A stretch of 64,000 nt of DNA from Tubulanus polymorphus. Lineage: Eukaryota > Animalia > Nemertea. How positions within the stretch are numbered: position 1 is the first letter of the stretch; each line of letters starts with the position of its first letter. Below are positions 14,675 through 29,999 of this stretch, one piece after another. A program made the translations under genes and the position numbers. Under the pieces are notes generated by a model. It was not told the DNA's origin. It did not search any database and saw nothing but the letters and a program-made list of their open reading frames with translations. Location of the stretch: assembly GCF_964204645.1 (NCBI RefSeq), contig NC_134026.1:5169950-5233949 (forward strand), written 5' to 3'.

Positions 14675-15900
14675 AATCAGAATCATCGACAGATATATTT
14701 TCACTAGAATCATAAATTTTGTTTTCTTTGTCGACGGCTTTTTTCAACATTAACATGGGCATGAGTTTCTTTTCACAATGTTTACCGGTGTAAAAAGCTT
14801 TATGTACAACGATCAACAAAATATTAGCCCATATACATGATTACTGTACGAGCAAAAACTAGTTTGTGAATAGAATTTCGGAGATTAATATACATATATA
14901 TACATAGAATCACGGTATGCAGCCGGATCTGAAATGCGTCACGATGTCCTTTGAAGGTTAGACAGAAGTAGATCACGTTTTTCTTACACAAAGAAACCGC
15001 ACTAGATTTTGGATAATAGTCTCGATTTGAAATTTTTTGAAAATTGAAATAGATATACAGTTCCGTGATAAGTCAGATGAATATTAACGTTGCTTTATGA
15101 ATAGCTAAATAGAATGTGATACGCATGCTTTTTCAACTAGATTCTAATAACCGAATATAGATCCTAATGAACAACTTGATATCAATTTAATCTTTTGTCA
15201 TTTGACACCATGCTTACATCTCTTGTTTAGTCCGTAGCTGTTTTTTTCCATCTCCATTTGAGGTACATTCGTGATCACAAATTAGATATAAAGGCCTACG
15301 ACATATATACTTCCATTGTATATGCAGGTGAAGATGACTTCAAAATACCCGATTCAACTTAATTTTGATAGGAATTCTAGCAATTGAAGCACTATGATAT
15401 ACACTACATATGCGCACAAAATGAGTCGTTAACTATTAAAACAAATAATCTATATAGCCTTTATGTATCATCATAAATTGTAAATTAGGTTTGCTGTGTG
15501 ATTGATGTCCGTATGTAGATGATCTTAATCAATCGAAGATGAATTTCCTGTTAGAACGGTAGCAGACCATATCTAGCTGCATATAATTAATAAATCAAGC
15601 CAAGTGGACTTGTTCTAAAATTCAAATTTCGAACAGGGAACATGATGTCTTGCTAGGAATCGATAGGAAACTATTGGCGGGAAATTTACGTTGGATTGTA
15701 TAGTAACGAATTTCGTTGATACGAATGATTTTCAATTACCCCGAATACTTGTAATAAGGAGTTTCCACTGTATCTGGGTTATAGCTGTTAAATTATAGTA
15801 TGAGTTAACTTGTGATTAGTTTATTTTCATTGTTAACACGACTAAAAAAAAACCGTTGAACTTGGTTATGGTTTTGTAGGTAATCAAATATTTTACCACG

Positions 15901-16110
15901 CAGGCCCGTAGTAGCGAGAAATTCGGGTGGGTTCGTTTTTTAATTTGGGCAGAATTGAATGGGGGTCTGGTGCCCACCCCAAAGAAAATTTTGCAATTGG
16001 ATGCTCAGATATAGCCTCCTTACGATTTTACGAACGTCCAGGTAAATGAAGTAACATAATATAGATTGTACAGGTTTCCTTCGGAACGAATTTTTAGCGC
16101 TACGGGCCCG
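15901..16110. mobile_element. MITE-like repeat
   Basis: CAGGCCCGTAG at 15901 and CTACGGGCCCG at ~16100-16110 form an inverted repeat. Confidence 0.45.
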
Positions 16111-16619
16111 GCCGTGAATAACTAATTAAGAACTCGAATCTTAAGTTCACCCAGCTGAATGTATTAACATCGGTACCAAACGTGACGCAATAACGTGACG
16201 TATGTAACACCATTGATAAATAGGATCCGAGACGCAAATTCCTTACAATTCTTTTAAGCACTTGAAATGAAACTTCGATGTTATGTAAAAATTTAAAAGT
16301 AATAATAAATTTGAAATCATTCTTTTTATTTTCAAAACAAATTTTAACGTTTTTTCCATCATTTGTTCCGTTATTATACATTGGGTATTCATTCCTGAAA
16401 AATTGATTTCAAAACTACGATATCACTACATCTTTACTTGAGCGATTTTCCTGCCCATAATTTCACTTTTTGTAGTTAATAAACTAATAATTGGTTGACA
16501 CTACTTAAAACCAATGCAGTTTGTGGAATATACGTGACTATCATTGCATCGGCAGCAACTACTGATTCACAACATTTCACAACAGTTCAGATATTCTTTT
16601 TCAATCTGAATTTCCTTCC

Positions 16620-17575
16620 TCAGCTTTTCTTTTGAGGATTAACTGAAATATCTTCCTTCTTTAAGGGAATATTTCCTGAAAGGAGAAGAATGTTAATGTA
16701 TAAACACTTAGCGCGAGTATTGAAATGGGAATACATATGCACTGCAACTGCGATAATTTGAATTCCGACGAAAGTGTGTACTAACCTGGAGGTGCCACAA
16801 AGTATTCTTCAACGGTTTGTGAAGCATTCCGTAAAATCTGCTCTCGAATTTTGCCTTCATTCACAATATCATCTCGCAAATATAAAGACCTTAAGAGAGT
16901 AGAGGCAGATCATGCAAGCCACTGTCAACTGAACTTCAATGGAAAGAAGAATTTGGTGGAGTTTTTTGCCGTTCTACCCTACCTGTCCTCTAACACAGAC
17001 TCCATGGGCTCCACACCGCTTGTATCGACGTCTTGTAGATGGTTCGCAAATCTAATCGCATCTGACAACCGTTCAACTGCCGCCTGATTGCTGAAGTCAA
17101 CCAGCGAGAGTCGCTCAAGTAAATATACCATATCCTCATCAATGGAAGGCTGAAAATTGTAGAAAAAAATATCTTTTTTCGTTAAAGCTCGATAATATGA
17201 ATTGACAAATTGACATTAGGGATTCCAAATATTTCTACCTCTGCTTTATCAGGTTTTCTCTTCCATGTTGGTTCACTTGGCACCTTAAATTGAATTGTCC
17301 AAATTTAGATTTAACAAGATTTAGATTTTTATCCTCCAAGAATTATATAGGGAGTTGGCACAAAATCCAGCCCATCTAAATACTCCTCATTAAGTGCACT
17401 TCAGATATAAAAATAAAAGAAATGACGGGTGGTGAATATATATGTTAAATATAATGACTTTGAATTGAATTGACCTTTAGTGAAATTCAGAAATTACCTT
17501 CGAAGATAGACGATTTTTGAATTGAAAAAGGGGATAATTTCGCAACAGTAACTGCATATGCCTCAATCTATACAT
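16620..17575 (-). CDS. GATC: Mitochondrial glutamyl-tRNA(Gln) amidotransferase subunit C
   Basis: Five exons: basic presequence [14 protein letters not shown]...SSK | VPSEPTW... | ...[47 protein letters not shown] | SLYLRDD...EEYFVAPP | GNIPL...KS*. Confidence 0.92.
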
Positions 17576-19151
17576 GTCACTCAATAATATATGATACGAT
17601 TTGAGTGTTAAGCGTTAATTAGGTGAAAAATGTATTTTGAAAATAATATTCATTATTTATTTCCGGGTTTATGGAAGGTGCTGCCACCATCTGGTTCCAC
17701 GGTTAGTCGTTGGCCCTCGCTTGCCAGTGTTAGCTTCAGTCGGTGCAGGAGCAGGACGAGTGACAGTAAATCCGAATGCGTTTTTCTAAGTTTTTGGCTG
17801 GTGTCTGTTGATATAATTCAGCTCATGGGCTTTCTCGGAAGGGTGCAGTTTTCTATTCGTGAAAAGGTCCGTGTTGATTACGATTTTAACGACACCCGCC
17901 CCTCTACCTGACGGGCCCTTAAGACGATCCAACGATTGATTGGAATAAGAACAAATATATCGCGTCTCCAAATATTTTTATTAACAAATATTGTACAATT
18001 GTAACAGGAATCATCTCAAAACACTAGGATATGATTCCAATAATGATGATATGCCGTATTTCATACTATATGAAAGTAAATAATTACTTTGTAACTTTAA
18101 AACATTTATTACTATGTAACTAAAATCATAAGCCAACTAATAATAAATAACCCTGCTATAACTGCTGGAACCACATCTTGAAAGAGTGATTTCATAAATA
18201 GAAGAACATGAAGTAAGACAATTTACATAATTACATAAATGCTGGTAGGGTTGACATTTATCATTTTTAATCATCTGAGCTGGATAAAAACATCTCATTT
18301 CATGATGTCCGATGCATGCAAACTACCGGTACTTTTCATTTTGAGCATCCTGAGAAAGTTTTGGTTGACCAGAAAATTGCTACTCTGGATTTAAACCTCG
18401 CGGATAATCAATATAACAACGAATATGTTTTTTCTCTGATTTTAGCAACACTTTTACTCCATTTTTCTAAACTTTTTCGATGTGTATTTTTTTTTTGTTT
18501 GTTGTCGGCATTGAATGTTACACAGATTAAGGCTCCACTCCCAGGACACGAAAAGGGATCTTTATATTTACATGCAAATAAATGTAAACTACGTAATCAT
18601 ATATTGCACGACGTATGTTTTCGTGAATTTCTAATACTGTAGTTGACAAACAAAAAGACTATAAAAGCACACATTACTCTGCCAGGGTTTTAATTTATTC
18701 ATCGAGACACGAGTGAATATATCCAGTGGAAAAAAGCTTAAATATCCAGTCTGCAATTAGAGGAGCCGGGAAAGGAGACTAGAATGAATATCATATTTCA
18801 GCAATTCAGCGTGATGTGATGAGACCAGCACCATTGAAATTTCGTTTTCATCATTACGCAAAACAAAGAGAATCAATAAATAACATGACTCGAAATGCGT
18901 TGTCTGCGGAAAATCGAACGCAATATTTCGCACACATCACTTCAAAGTAGGCAACGAGATGACTGGCAAGCGCTTTTGTCGTAATCTACACCGACCAAAT
19001 ATTTTTCTTTGGGAAAAAAAGTTTACACTGCAATGGTAACTGCTACTAAGGACACTGATAAGACTTTCTGTTGAAATTTCCAATTTAATAACTGGGCACA
19101 GTTTTTTGGCTATCATCGTCTCATGTTTCGGAAAACTAACTTCAATTAAAC

Positions 19152-22100
19152 TTAAAGTTGAATAGAGCCTCTAGGGTCGACTTTTATTCGCAAAAAAAGA
19201 CAATCATCGAGCAGATACTTTCTCGTTTTCAGCGTTTCGTGCGACACGAACTTCGGATACCCGAAGCCCAGGGAACTCTCCTCTTTATCCGGTTTCCGAA
19301 AATGCTTCCACGTCGGGTCCGGGATGAAACTCTCACGAATGTTCACGCGTTCCGACAACGGATTCTGATCCAGTAAAGTGAACGACATCGGCAAACAGAA
19401 CGGCCATTCTAGGATGTTGTCGTATTCGCCCGGTACCAGCTTTATGTAGAGTGACACGTATTTGCCCTCCCCGGCACCGTTACCGTTCATGAATAGGGAG
19501 GTGACCAGTTTGTAACCATAACGACTAGTATAAAACGGCTCGCTGACGATCTCTAACCCCGGTTTCGAACGCGCTTCCGCCAGCCTCAACTTATAATCAG
19601 GTAACTTCCAAATGAATATTCCATCCGTTACGTTGGCGATTGTATGCACCTTTGATTTGAGATTGTTTATCTGTTGCTGTTGTCTGTGAACTGTCGTGCA
19701 GACTAAACTGAGATGTGTTTTGCTGCTTTCGTCAACGTGTTTCTCCATATTAAACCTCGGCGCCTGAAAAATAACGAGATACATATTTATGATATATTCA
19801 ATGAATTCAAGGGCGGTTTCTAGGATTCTTTGAAGGGATGACCTGAAAATTGGAGTGGGCATAAATTTGAAGTCAGAATCGGCAATGAATGCGAGGGCTG
19901 CAAGCGCGAACATAGGTGAAATTTTGGTGGAATTCAGAACGAAAAAGGGGCTTTTCTGCCTTATAAGGGCTCATTTCGTTTGATATCTCATCTTGTTTGC
20001 AAATATAATTCCATGCAATTTGGAGGGCACATTCTGATTTTGAAGGGGCTGGGCTCGTCCCACCCATCTTAGTTCACCCTTGGACTTTAAACAACAACCA
20101 AATGGCCAGTATGTGGACGGGTGGAAAAAGGAAAAAATATATATATATGAAATCAAATTTTCATAAAAATTTGTATTTACTTTATATGAACAGCCGTGTT
20201 CGACGAATGGACACGGTATAATTGTAGCCGGACATTTCTCTTTGATGTGAAGTTCTATGTCGTCTCGGGGTATCTTGCTGAGGTCGCATCTGTTCGGACA
20301 AGACACCGGGAACCTTGGACACGAATATTGATGAGTCTGCAATAATTGAAAGTAAACAATGGCAATCAAACGTATACGCAACATTGCATTTCTAGCCGTT
20401 TTTTTCTCACTTAACATCTAGAAATATTAACTTTTTTTTTCACAAGCTCGAAAATGGCACACGGTCCACGTACTATACGTACTTGCAATGTTTCGTAAAC
20501 GAATTCTTTTCCGCAGTATCGACAGATCGCTAGTCGTTTGTGACACTCGTTCCTCATATGATTTCCCAGGAAGCGTCGTTGTAATTTGGCACCGCATTTA
20601 TTTTCACACCAGGTAACTTCGTATGAACACGTCCCCAAGTGTGCCTAAAATGGATATTTAAAAAAAAACGAAGTGCACTCATGTTATTTCAACAAGACTG
20701 TAGAGGACGGGCGACAATGAGATACATCATAACAATGCGAAACCAGCGTACTTTTGTTTCCCCGTATCGCACGTGCGAGGAAACGGATTCAGTCCTATAT
20801 GCCATGTGCGTCGATGTTTTAATGGTTCTGGTATATTTGAATCATCTCGACATTTTTGTAAGGATGGATAATATGCATTTCTTATATATACAGAAGTTTT
20901 TTCCGCGCAATAACCCTTTCCCCCACTTGACCCCGTTGGGTGAAGGGTGCCGATGTAATGGGGCTTGCAATCAATTGAGGATCTCATCTCTTTTATATTT
21001 ATACTATTCATACTATTTTGTTATGCTCGGAAAAATTGTATATCTTTTATGGAGCAATAAACTAAACTTGAAACTTTGAGTGTCCAATAATAAAAGAAGG
21101 ACGAAGAACTCGTGGGCGAAATGGTTGACCACAAACAGGCTGCCGTGCAATAATCAGACAAGCAGTACCGATACTTAATTGAATCCAATCACAGATACAT
21201 GACATAACGAGAACCACAGTGGGAACTTGCATTAGCGGAAAGGTTACGTCCTTAATTATTCATAATTCATAACTCGTTCCCAATTATTCGAACGACGCAG
21301 GCAGCGATACTCAGTATAGATATGTTTATCTATAGATAACATAGATATATTATATCTTCCGCTGAAATATTTCTTTTTTTTAATCTACATGAATTCATAC
21401 ATTTGTCTTATGTTTGAAATATGACGTCATTGGCTGTTATCGGTTATAAATGACGCGATATCTTCGATAGCTTTTACCCAAACATGAAAAAAACACGACA
21501 ATCGCTTCACGCTTGCAGTCAACCAGCTGTTACTAGTATCACATACTATATCTCTGTGTATCTGTATCATCAAACGCGTACCGATTTTCAAACCTCTCGT
21601 ATTGTATAACATAACATAAATTAATGTCATATATTAATTGCTTCGTTGCGGCATTTCAGAAAATCTAATCGCATTATCCATTAGGCCACTATCGGCACAG
21701 GATTCTAATCCTCTTAACGCAACATTGACACACAAATTTCAGCGACCCCGGCAACAGCATATGTCGTGCATAATTATTGTCATCCTACTGTTAGTGGGTC
21801 ACTTCTAAATATTTCTAAATACCGCGATATCGGGAATCAAAAATTCTCATTATTCGGGGCGATCGTGGTTCGGGCGAGAATTAAGCAAACATCGCGAGTT
21901 CTCGCTATTATCAAACACATCCAGACTGACAAATAGGGAAACACGACCCAAGTATGTTTGCGGACTAGATCCCTGGCTAGGTAACTGGTCACTTTTGGTT
22001 AAACGACAGTTGAATCTAGTCGTAGTCTGAATCCTTTTGTTGATTTCCACGGAGGTGTGAGAAAATATGAAATCCTTTTCTTTCATCGGCCGTGAAAACT

Positions 22101-25100
22101 ACATTTCATGATATTTCAGATATTGAACGAATTTTTCAATCAACAAAATCGCTGTCAATGACTTACCTCAAATTTGTCTCCTTTGAATTCTTGGCCGCAA
22201 TATTCACACATTTCCCGCCGTTTTTTACAGCTGTTCACGATATGATCTTGCAAACACATTCTCGTGACGATTTCGGAACAATCGTTCGGACATCGGATCA
22301 CATAGTAACGACACTTCTCCAAGTGTTTCTGCAATAAGAATTACGCAAACAACGGCTATTTAGATAAATGAAAAAAAGTTACAACGAAGTCACCTCTCGA
22401 AGGGCGTTATGCACATGCGAAAAAACCGCTCTACTGGTATTGCCGTAGCTCATCAGATTTACGTGATGTTAATATATACATTTTATTCATGACGAATTAA
22501 TTTCATTCGATCACGAACATTAAACCAAACAATCACACGTCGCTTTTCAAATCACGAAGTAATAAAATGTCGGGGCATCCGGCGTTGTGAATTCCTAGTG
22601 AATGACTAGTATAATGTTGTGTAGCCGCCTAGGCGTTGTATGCGATGTAATCGGTTTTTCGCATCTGTGACATCTCATCGGCGTGTCTTTTGCATTAGAA
22701 ATAAAAAAATATATTTTTACCGATTTTTACATGAATATTATATGCATTTGTAGTTTCTATCACGACCGGGTAATGTTATATTTGTCGGGATGTCATGAAT
22801 CTTCGATATAGATTGTGTATACGCGTGTTATGACCGAAAGCCCAGTCGAGCAACACAACCGGTACTTCCGCCTTAAATGGATTTTTTGAAAAGAAATCGA
22901 TATATAAAAGTGTTAACCGCGATGCATCGATAACCATTGGATAACATTGAAATGTGATATATTCTTACAGTTGAGGAATAATGAGGGCCATCCCACCAGA
23001 GACTTTTCGAATTTGGGGGTTTCTCGTATATTGTAGCGAAATGTCGAAAATGTGTATAAAACTTTCTGAGCGATTCATGTTTTTAAACACAAAATGAAAA
23101 CAATATCTCACAGTTGGCGGAACACGTATGGTATGTTACGCGTATTCATTGTTTAAACATGTGTCACAACATATAATCTGGTGACATATGGAGCTAGCCA
23201 TAGTACACGAGGAGGATCGGGTTATTGGATACCCTTTGAAATATCCTGGCCTGGGCCAAATGATGACATCACAGTCAATGCACCTTGCTTTCCATTTAAG
23301 TCAACATTCATCTCATCAGCTAACTGCCTTTATACAACTAAACCAACACACCAATTTACGGGGAGAGCTCTTCAAAACAGCACTTACAAAAAAATAGTCC
23401 AGTATAGGGGTGTGCCGTGAAACATATGTTGGGCGGAAGAAAGTCCGATCAGTCGAGCAGGAGATTGAAACGCGCAGTCTAAGATATGAATGAACCAAGA
23501 AAAATAATAAAACAGAATTCTTCCGCGGGATGGCATAGTATTTTGGCGTAATTCATTTTTGGCAATTTAATCAGTTATTGCGTAAAATAATGAAGAACTT
23601 ACTAGTTTCCAGATATATGGCATAAGAGATTTGAAGAATGTCAAATGCATGAAAACTATATTTGACTTCGACCGTCTCTGTGCGTTAGTAATATCAAGAT
23701 TTAGAAAGCCAAAGAAAACTCGGTCAAATGCATTCAGGCCATTTCTAAATTAAGATAATCAAAGAAAACCTACATAAACATTATTTGCGCCGTGAGTAGG
23801 TGTGGATTCTCTGATAGTTGTTGGGATGTGTGGTGGCGAGTATTTGTCACAAAGAAAACAATTCAAAGTACTCAAATGATGGAACTATAGATGATTATAA
23901 AGGAGCGATTATACGCAAAAATAGCTGATAATTCTACGGTTGCACTTTGTGACGACGCTCATAGATAACCGCGTATGATGACGTACATAGTCTGATAATA
24001 AAACAACAGTCATACTTGTCAAATTAATCTGAATTGTATAAATTCTTCCTGATTTCAAGAGGATTTCGACCATCGATATCGCCAAATACGTAAATTTCGT
24101 GAACACGCATTGTACAAAACAGATGGCCGTATATGGACTAATTAAACACGAAATCCTTCCTTGAGAATTCATCAGATGTAAAATAGTTCGATCCAATTGT
24201 ACCGTCAGATGCGTTAATATCAGTGAAAATATGCACATATACGGTAACCGTTGTGTATTGTATATCTTTACCGGGACACGTAAAATGTATGGTTCGATTT
24301 GCACCCGCTTATGTAAATTCCAACCTTTGTTGTGAATTTCAACGACCATCGAATTCCATCTACCTCCGATGCCTTTGGTAAGATGGCACGCTTAGAAAAG
24401 TAATGATTTTACAAATCGGAAAAATACTCGATTTATCCATCATTCCCGAAAAAAAAACTATACTCCATGCCGAAGGAATCTTATTCAATGATATTAGTTT
24501 TACGCATTGTAGATTTAATGATTCGAGTAATTGCGCAGACAACCTGAATCATTATTGTTTGGCATCATTGAGATGCGAACATACAAGCAAAATATAATAA
24601 CGACCCCGATTTAAAAGTTGATAATTTCGTATATTTGGTTTGAATTGCACTCACTGTCGGATACGGGTTTGAAACTAATTACACGTGGATCTTTTTAATG
24701 CTATTGATAATATGATATTCCAATATTCCATATGTCGCGTATAAAATAAAAGCCTAACATATAAGAACCGAGCACCAGTTGGCATACATTATAAACACCA
24801 GTTATAAATGCGATAAGTGCTCCAATTGTGGTTTCAAGTGAATCGATTCAGAGCGTTACATTTTTTTTTCATAATCAATATCAACTCAGGTGGGTAATTT
24901 CTTTCTCTGGCGCAGAAAAAAACAATATCATCTAATGCAAAATGTTTCCAATTTTAACCAAGTGTACGTTAAAAAACTAGTATCAATTTTCGGAATGAGA
25001 ACGTTACCTTAAATGATCTCGACAAGAGAGGCTCTTTCGTGACGCGAACTATTCAGATATTCCAGACAAAATGCTAATTTTTCATGCACAAAAGCAAAGC

Positions 25101-28100
25101 CTGAGTATTTTTCCCGATATTCATAACTATGTACGTTCTTCAATGACTATTCTTACTTTGTCGTAATTACATTCAGAATGAAAAACGAACTTTAAAAAAC
25201 ATATCAATCGACTACTATATATTGATATTTTGAGTCATATATATGAGATAACGTATTCGATGAAATTGCTGAAGTCTTTGTAATTTAAAGACGTGTAGTA
25301 GGGAGGTATGCTCTATTTGTTTAACGTGGGTTGAAATGCGTCTCGGGACACGGTGTTTGATTTTTTTTCTTCACCCAGAAATCTATTTCTATAGGGGGCC
25401 TAATGTAATTATTAGTTTAACTACACCTACGATCATAGCGTGAACACTTCCCCGAATGCTATGTGGTAGCGAAATAAGATTTCTCCTAAAAAGCTCACTG
25501 ATTCGTTTACGATTATAGCTTCTTAGTATAACTTGGCAAAAAGTCAACGACACTCGGTTAAAAGTAAAGTCGTTCCGTATAACCATAAAAGGTAAAGGAG
25601 AGATATTGACAAATGATTCTATAGGATAGTCGAAACGATCAAAGATTCGTCTTTGAGTTGAATACGTTTAACACGTAATTCGGTTAACTTAAGGTTTCGT
25701 CAAATTGTAAAATCAAAACATCGAGACACAAAAGTCAAATTTAGCCCAGGGCAGAGTAAATATCGTTAGGTTTGCACTAGATTGGTCTATTTCTCTTGAG
25801 AATCTGACATTTCTTTTCATTTCGTGAGTGAATAATGGCTGTAAAATCAACCATAATGTATTTCAAATCACAATATTAGAAACCGGAACTAAGATTCCGA
25901 AAATAGAAAGTTAACGTCAATCGTAATTAGCACATCAACTGCTATTGCGAGATTTTATCGTACTTTAGGGTATTGTCGTGTATTTGTAATAAAACGACGA
26001 AACCTACTGAGCTGTACATGATTTATTGCTTGGCACAAATTTCAGATTTGCGTTTCGAAAGATTGTTTTTGTTATTGATTAGAAAAACTACTTTTGGAAA
26101 GGCCCTTTATGAATTTCTTCATATATCTGCGCGATTTATTGAAACGAAATTTATATACAACGCAAGTCGCTACCGATAAAAAGCAAATAGATTGTTGACC
26201 TGAATTCCATTTACGTATCAGGGACCAGTGGCGCAGATCTGGATTTGAAGACCATCTTAGTTCTATAGCCATCTAAAACTTTAGATTATGATTAACTTAT
26301 GATTTTAAGACCACTACTAAGTCACAACTGTGCAACTGGCCCCATAGACTTATTCTATATCAGCAGTTGAGACTTGGCGTCTTAAAAACAAAATTATATA
26401 TATTTCACCTTTCGCAAAATAGAAGAGGTGCGGGATCCTGGGGAATATATTTCAGAAAAGTTAGCTTACTTGAAGATTACTGAGAAGGTCCGTCCATCTA
26501 CAACCATCGCTGTGCTGTGGGCAGCGTACCATGGCAGAGACGATGTCATCTTCAGAAGTAGGATCAGGATAAATCTAAAATTATTATAGCTTTATACATC
26601 ATGATGAATTCGATATCTGTTAGCTTGAAAAAAAAAACATCGCTGTGCTACAAGGCGATCATTGCCCTCGGACGAACACTGGGTGGCAACTGAGGTTATG
26701 TTGGATCGCGGGGATTCAGTGTTCGCCTTTCAAACTGAAAATTTGAAATCAAAACAAATTGCTCCTGATAGATAATATTCTCTAAGTAATTGTAAATTGG
26801 AACTGACCTTTGCGTAATCCAATGGTAACTGATCCTCAGGGCACTTGAAAACTCCTTCGCTGAAATGAACGAACCAAACGATATAGGATTCAATGTGATC
26901 CTCACGGTAGATTTTCAGTTCTAATTACCTGAAGAATCAAGCTGGCAATGCAATTGAATATTAACAAGTTTACGCCAATTTCAATGGAATAACCGCTGAT
27001 TATGATTTAAGAATATTATAGCGGATTTTGTTAATCCTGCAAATTTCATTCCTATTCTGTTTTATTGTGATTCGAATATAATTCGTGAAATCAAAGACTG
27101 CACTTTCGTAGTCTAAGCTTATAAGGTGATTCATGGAGCCTCGGGCTATAAAATCATAGATTCGCAGGTAACTAACTCCCTATGTGTGTGCATGTCCAGG
27201 AATTGTGATTCGATCATCATAATGAATCAGACAATCATTATAACATTTCATTTCCGATTGAAAGGAAACCTTTCTAAGAATGCGTTGCTTTTTCATACTC
27301 TTGAGTGATTCTTGTTTTCGTTCTGAAAATATTCTTAAGTTTATTAGTAGGACGGTGATGAATATAAATTGTTTGAATATAAATAATCAAAATATTGAAC
27401 AGTTTTCTCTGTTCTCTTTTTGTTGTAAAGCCAACGATCTCTATTCTATATGGATTCTAGGCTGAATGAATTATTATTATAATCAACTGTTGATGGATTT
27501 TATAAGCTGGACTCGTCTTGCTATGTACACATTGTTTAGATGCCTAGACAAGCCAGATTAATATCGATCTCATATCAGTCGTGTTCTGATACATTATCAT
27601 TTCCAGATTTTCCGGAAACGCCTTTCGAACGTGACTCTTTCACCTTCTGCGAACAAACTATATCAATTATGAGCCCCGCATGAAAACCTCTTCCGCCCCC
27701 CGTCCGGCAAACGAGTCTTAAACACATATAGGCTCGCACGACCTTTCACCGTGGTCTCAAAAACAGTGTGAACTTCCGCCAGGTTTTAACTAATCCAAAA
27801 CCGCATTTGAAACGTTCCCACACGATTTTCAAGATTTCTCAAAATAAGCAGACAATTGAAACCAGCGTGACGCGAAATCAAAGCGTCAAATGACAGTTAT
27901 AATCAAGGGTCGGGAGCGTAGGAACAAAAAGTTACGTAATATCTATTTATCGCAGTTAAATATCGCGTATATGCACTAAATACGATATGATTAAAATTTA
28001 GATTTGACCAGATTTCGCTTGATTAGTGTAGCATTAATACAATCATTTGTATAGCCTACTGTTTTAGGAAGGAGTAGAACACACGAAGGGAAGGTGGTTC

Positions 28101-29999
28101 AAAAATAAACTTCCATATCGCATTTCAATCATTAAAGAGGCATTTTGATACACCCAAAAGATTATTTACGAAAGGCGATTATCTAGTTTGAAAAAAATCA
28201 ATTATTTTTAATCAAATGAAGGATCAATATCTCCATCAATTGGATTTTTAAACTTGGCAGATTTTGTTTTAATTCAAAAGCAATCGTTTTCATGAAATCT
28301 TAAGACTGATTTTCAGCTCATGACGGGGATGATCAATGAAAGGATATGATATTTCTGATTAGGAAATAAAAATTATTCTCGGTATAAAAAGGCCACGTCT
28401 AAATCAATTGTCACACGAACGAAGGTATATTGCATCTATAGCTTCACACAAACCGCAGGGAGTTGGCTCCAGTTACTATGGAAACCCTTTATCAACAACT
28501 TGGTTAGTAGATCAGCTTTAATTATCCACCAGGGTCCAGCCGACTTTATTGATCTATAGGTAAGATTTACGCGTCGTATTGCATTGCCATCACATATTGA
28601 GTGACCAATGAGATTATCGTTTATTTTTTCCAGTCAAGACTGTTCGGCAATTGTGTATAACCGTTAACCCAGGCATTAAATTGAAGCGTCGTCAGTAATC
28701 AATTAATTAAAACTAATTAGCAGTCTCACAGGGGATGAGTAGTTAAATCAAATAATCTGTTTACACCACACGACAATAGTTTGTCCAGACGAACAATGGG
28801 ATGTTTAGAAAACGTGAACAGCGTCAGTATAGTGACTCGACGGGGTTTACGAGATTCCTGATTGAAGGTAATTAAACCCTGCTAAAAAATGTGCGTGTCT
28901 TGACACGGAACAATGCATATGTATGTTTTCCCAGCTAATAACCTTAGAGGACAACCGCACCTTGGAGTAATCATTGAATCAATGAATATTCCAAGACCGC
29001 ACCAAACGAATAATCTATGACAGACGCAAGTCGAAGGTCTAATCAACGGTCGATAAATACATGAAAACTCTCAGATAATTGAGGTTACTAAAATTCCTAT
29101 TGTTGATTAAAATAAATTCTATCTTTCAAACAGATTCACAGAGAACGCCAGACCCACGTATAGCTAGTCACCAAACGCATTTTAAGACAGACGTATTCAG
29201 CGAATTTTGACCAAGAAAATGCATCATTATTTCCCTTCATCAGATCAAGCATTTTTCCCCAAAAATGCTTAGTTCGATAATGAAGTATTTTCTATTATTG
29301 ATAGAATTAGGTAAAATAGCTTTGCATGTATTTGACAGTTATTTGTACAGTTGTAGCAGCTGATGTATTTTAGTAGAGTATAACACCTCGGTAGCACTGT
29401 GTCATACATTTACTGTCACTCATTTCATCAGGACCCACTCGATAACACATGTCGTGTCCGTGTAAAATTCAAACATACCAACAGATTTTTATTCCGAATA
29501 CCAACTATGTTATATTTAGACGAATATTGTTTCTGTACTCCACTCGAAATGTTTATTATCAGGCCCTGTATTTGAAAACATTCATATTCCACGAGAATCG
29601 GTGGCATTTTTAAGAATATTTCAACAGGTCCTGAAATGAATGCTTAACCTAAAAAATATACACCTATCACGTTTTTAACCGATCTAATACCCTTAACATC
29701 TACATTATCCCTCAAATCGTCGTCATACTCAGCTGAAATAAATGTGTATATTTCAAAATAGTTTTGGATACAATATTAATTTCAGTATATTCCTATTCCT
29801 GCAACATTTTCAAAATCACCAGCATTTATAGGCTATAGATTTAAAGAAATACTCACCTCAAATATTCTTGCAAACAAGTGTCGCAAAATCGGTGTCCACA
29901 TGATGTAATTTGCACCGGGTCTCGCATCGGAAGCTGACATAGCAAACAGAACAGTTCTCTTTTCAGTACATCCACAAATATGTCACTATAACCGGGCAT
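19152..29999 (-). CDS. TRAF4: TNF receptor-associated factor 4 (RING, TRAF zinc fingers, MATH)
   Basis: Exons 29999-29857 (MPGY...CLLCQLPMRDPVQITSCGHRFCDTCLQEYL), 26859-26808 (EGVFKCPEDQLPLDYAK), 26574-26470 (IYPDP...GCRW), 22328-22167, 20644-20483, 20336-20181 (TRAF zinc fingers) and 19763-19152 (MATH, ending GFGYPKFVSH). Confidence 0.95.
20740..21110 (+). mobile_element. Possible decayed non-LTR retrotransposon 3' end
   Basis: Degenerate C-terminal knuckle-like peptide (TCEETDSVLYAMC...LVYLNHLDIF) followed by a UTR-like stretch ending GTCCAATAATAAAAGAAGGACGAAGAA. Weak signal. Confidence 0.3.
26221..26343. mobile_element. Short MITE of a dispersed GGGCCAGTT family
   Basis: GGGACCAGTGGCGCAG ... 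CTGTGCAACTGGCCC inverted ends; related fragments at ~6740-6812, ~35480-35612, ~37905-38040 and ~50010-50120. Confidence 0.5.

Noticed and set aside
17700-17960. GC-rich block with an A-box-like TAGCTTCAGTCGG as tRNA, vault or Y RNA
   Set aside because: No B-box or cloverleaf; the position and GC box (CCCGCCCCT) fit the GATC promoter.
23181-23420. Overlapping short ORFs in a TRAF4 intron
   Set aside because: No recognisable motif or splice context; probably a decayed repeat.
26470-26574. CTGAAGATGAC on the - strand as a hammerhead core
   Set aside because: It is TRAF4 exon 3 (SEDDIV); no matching GAAA or stem II.
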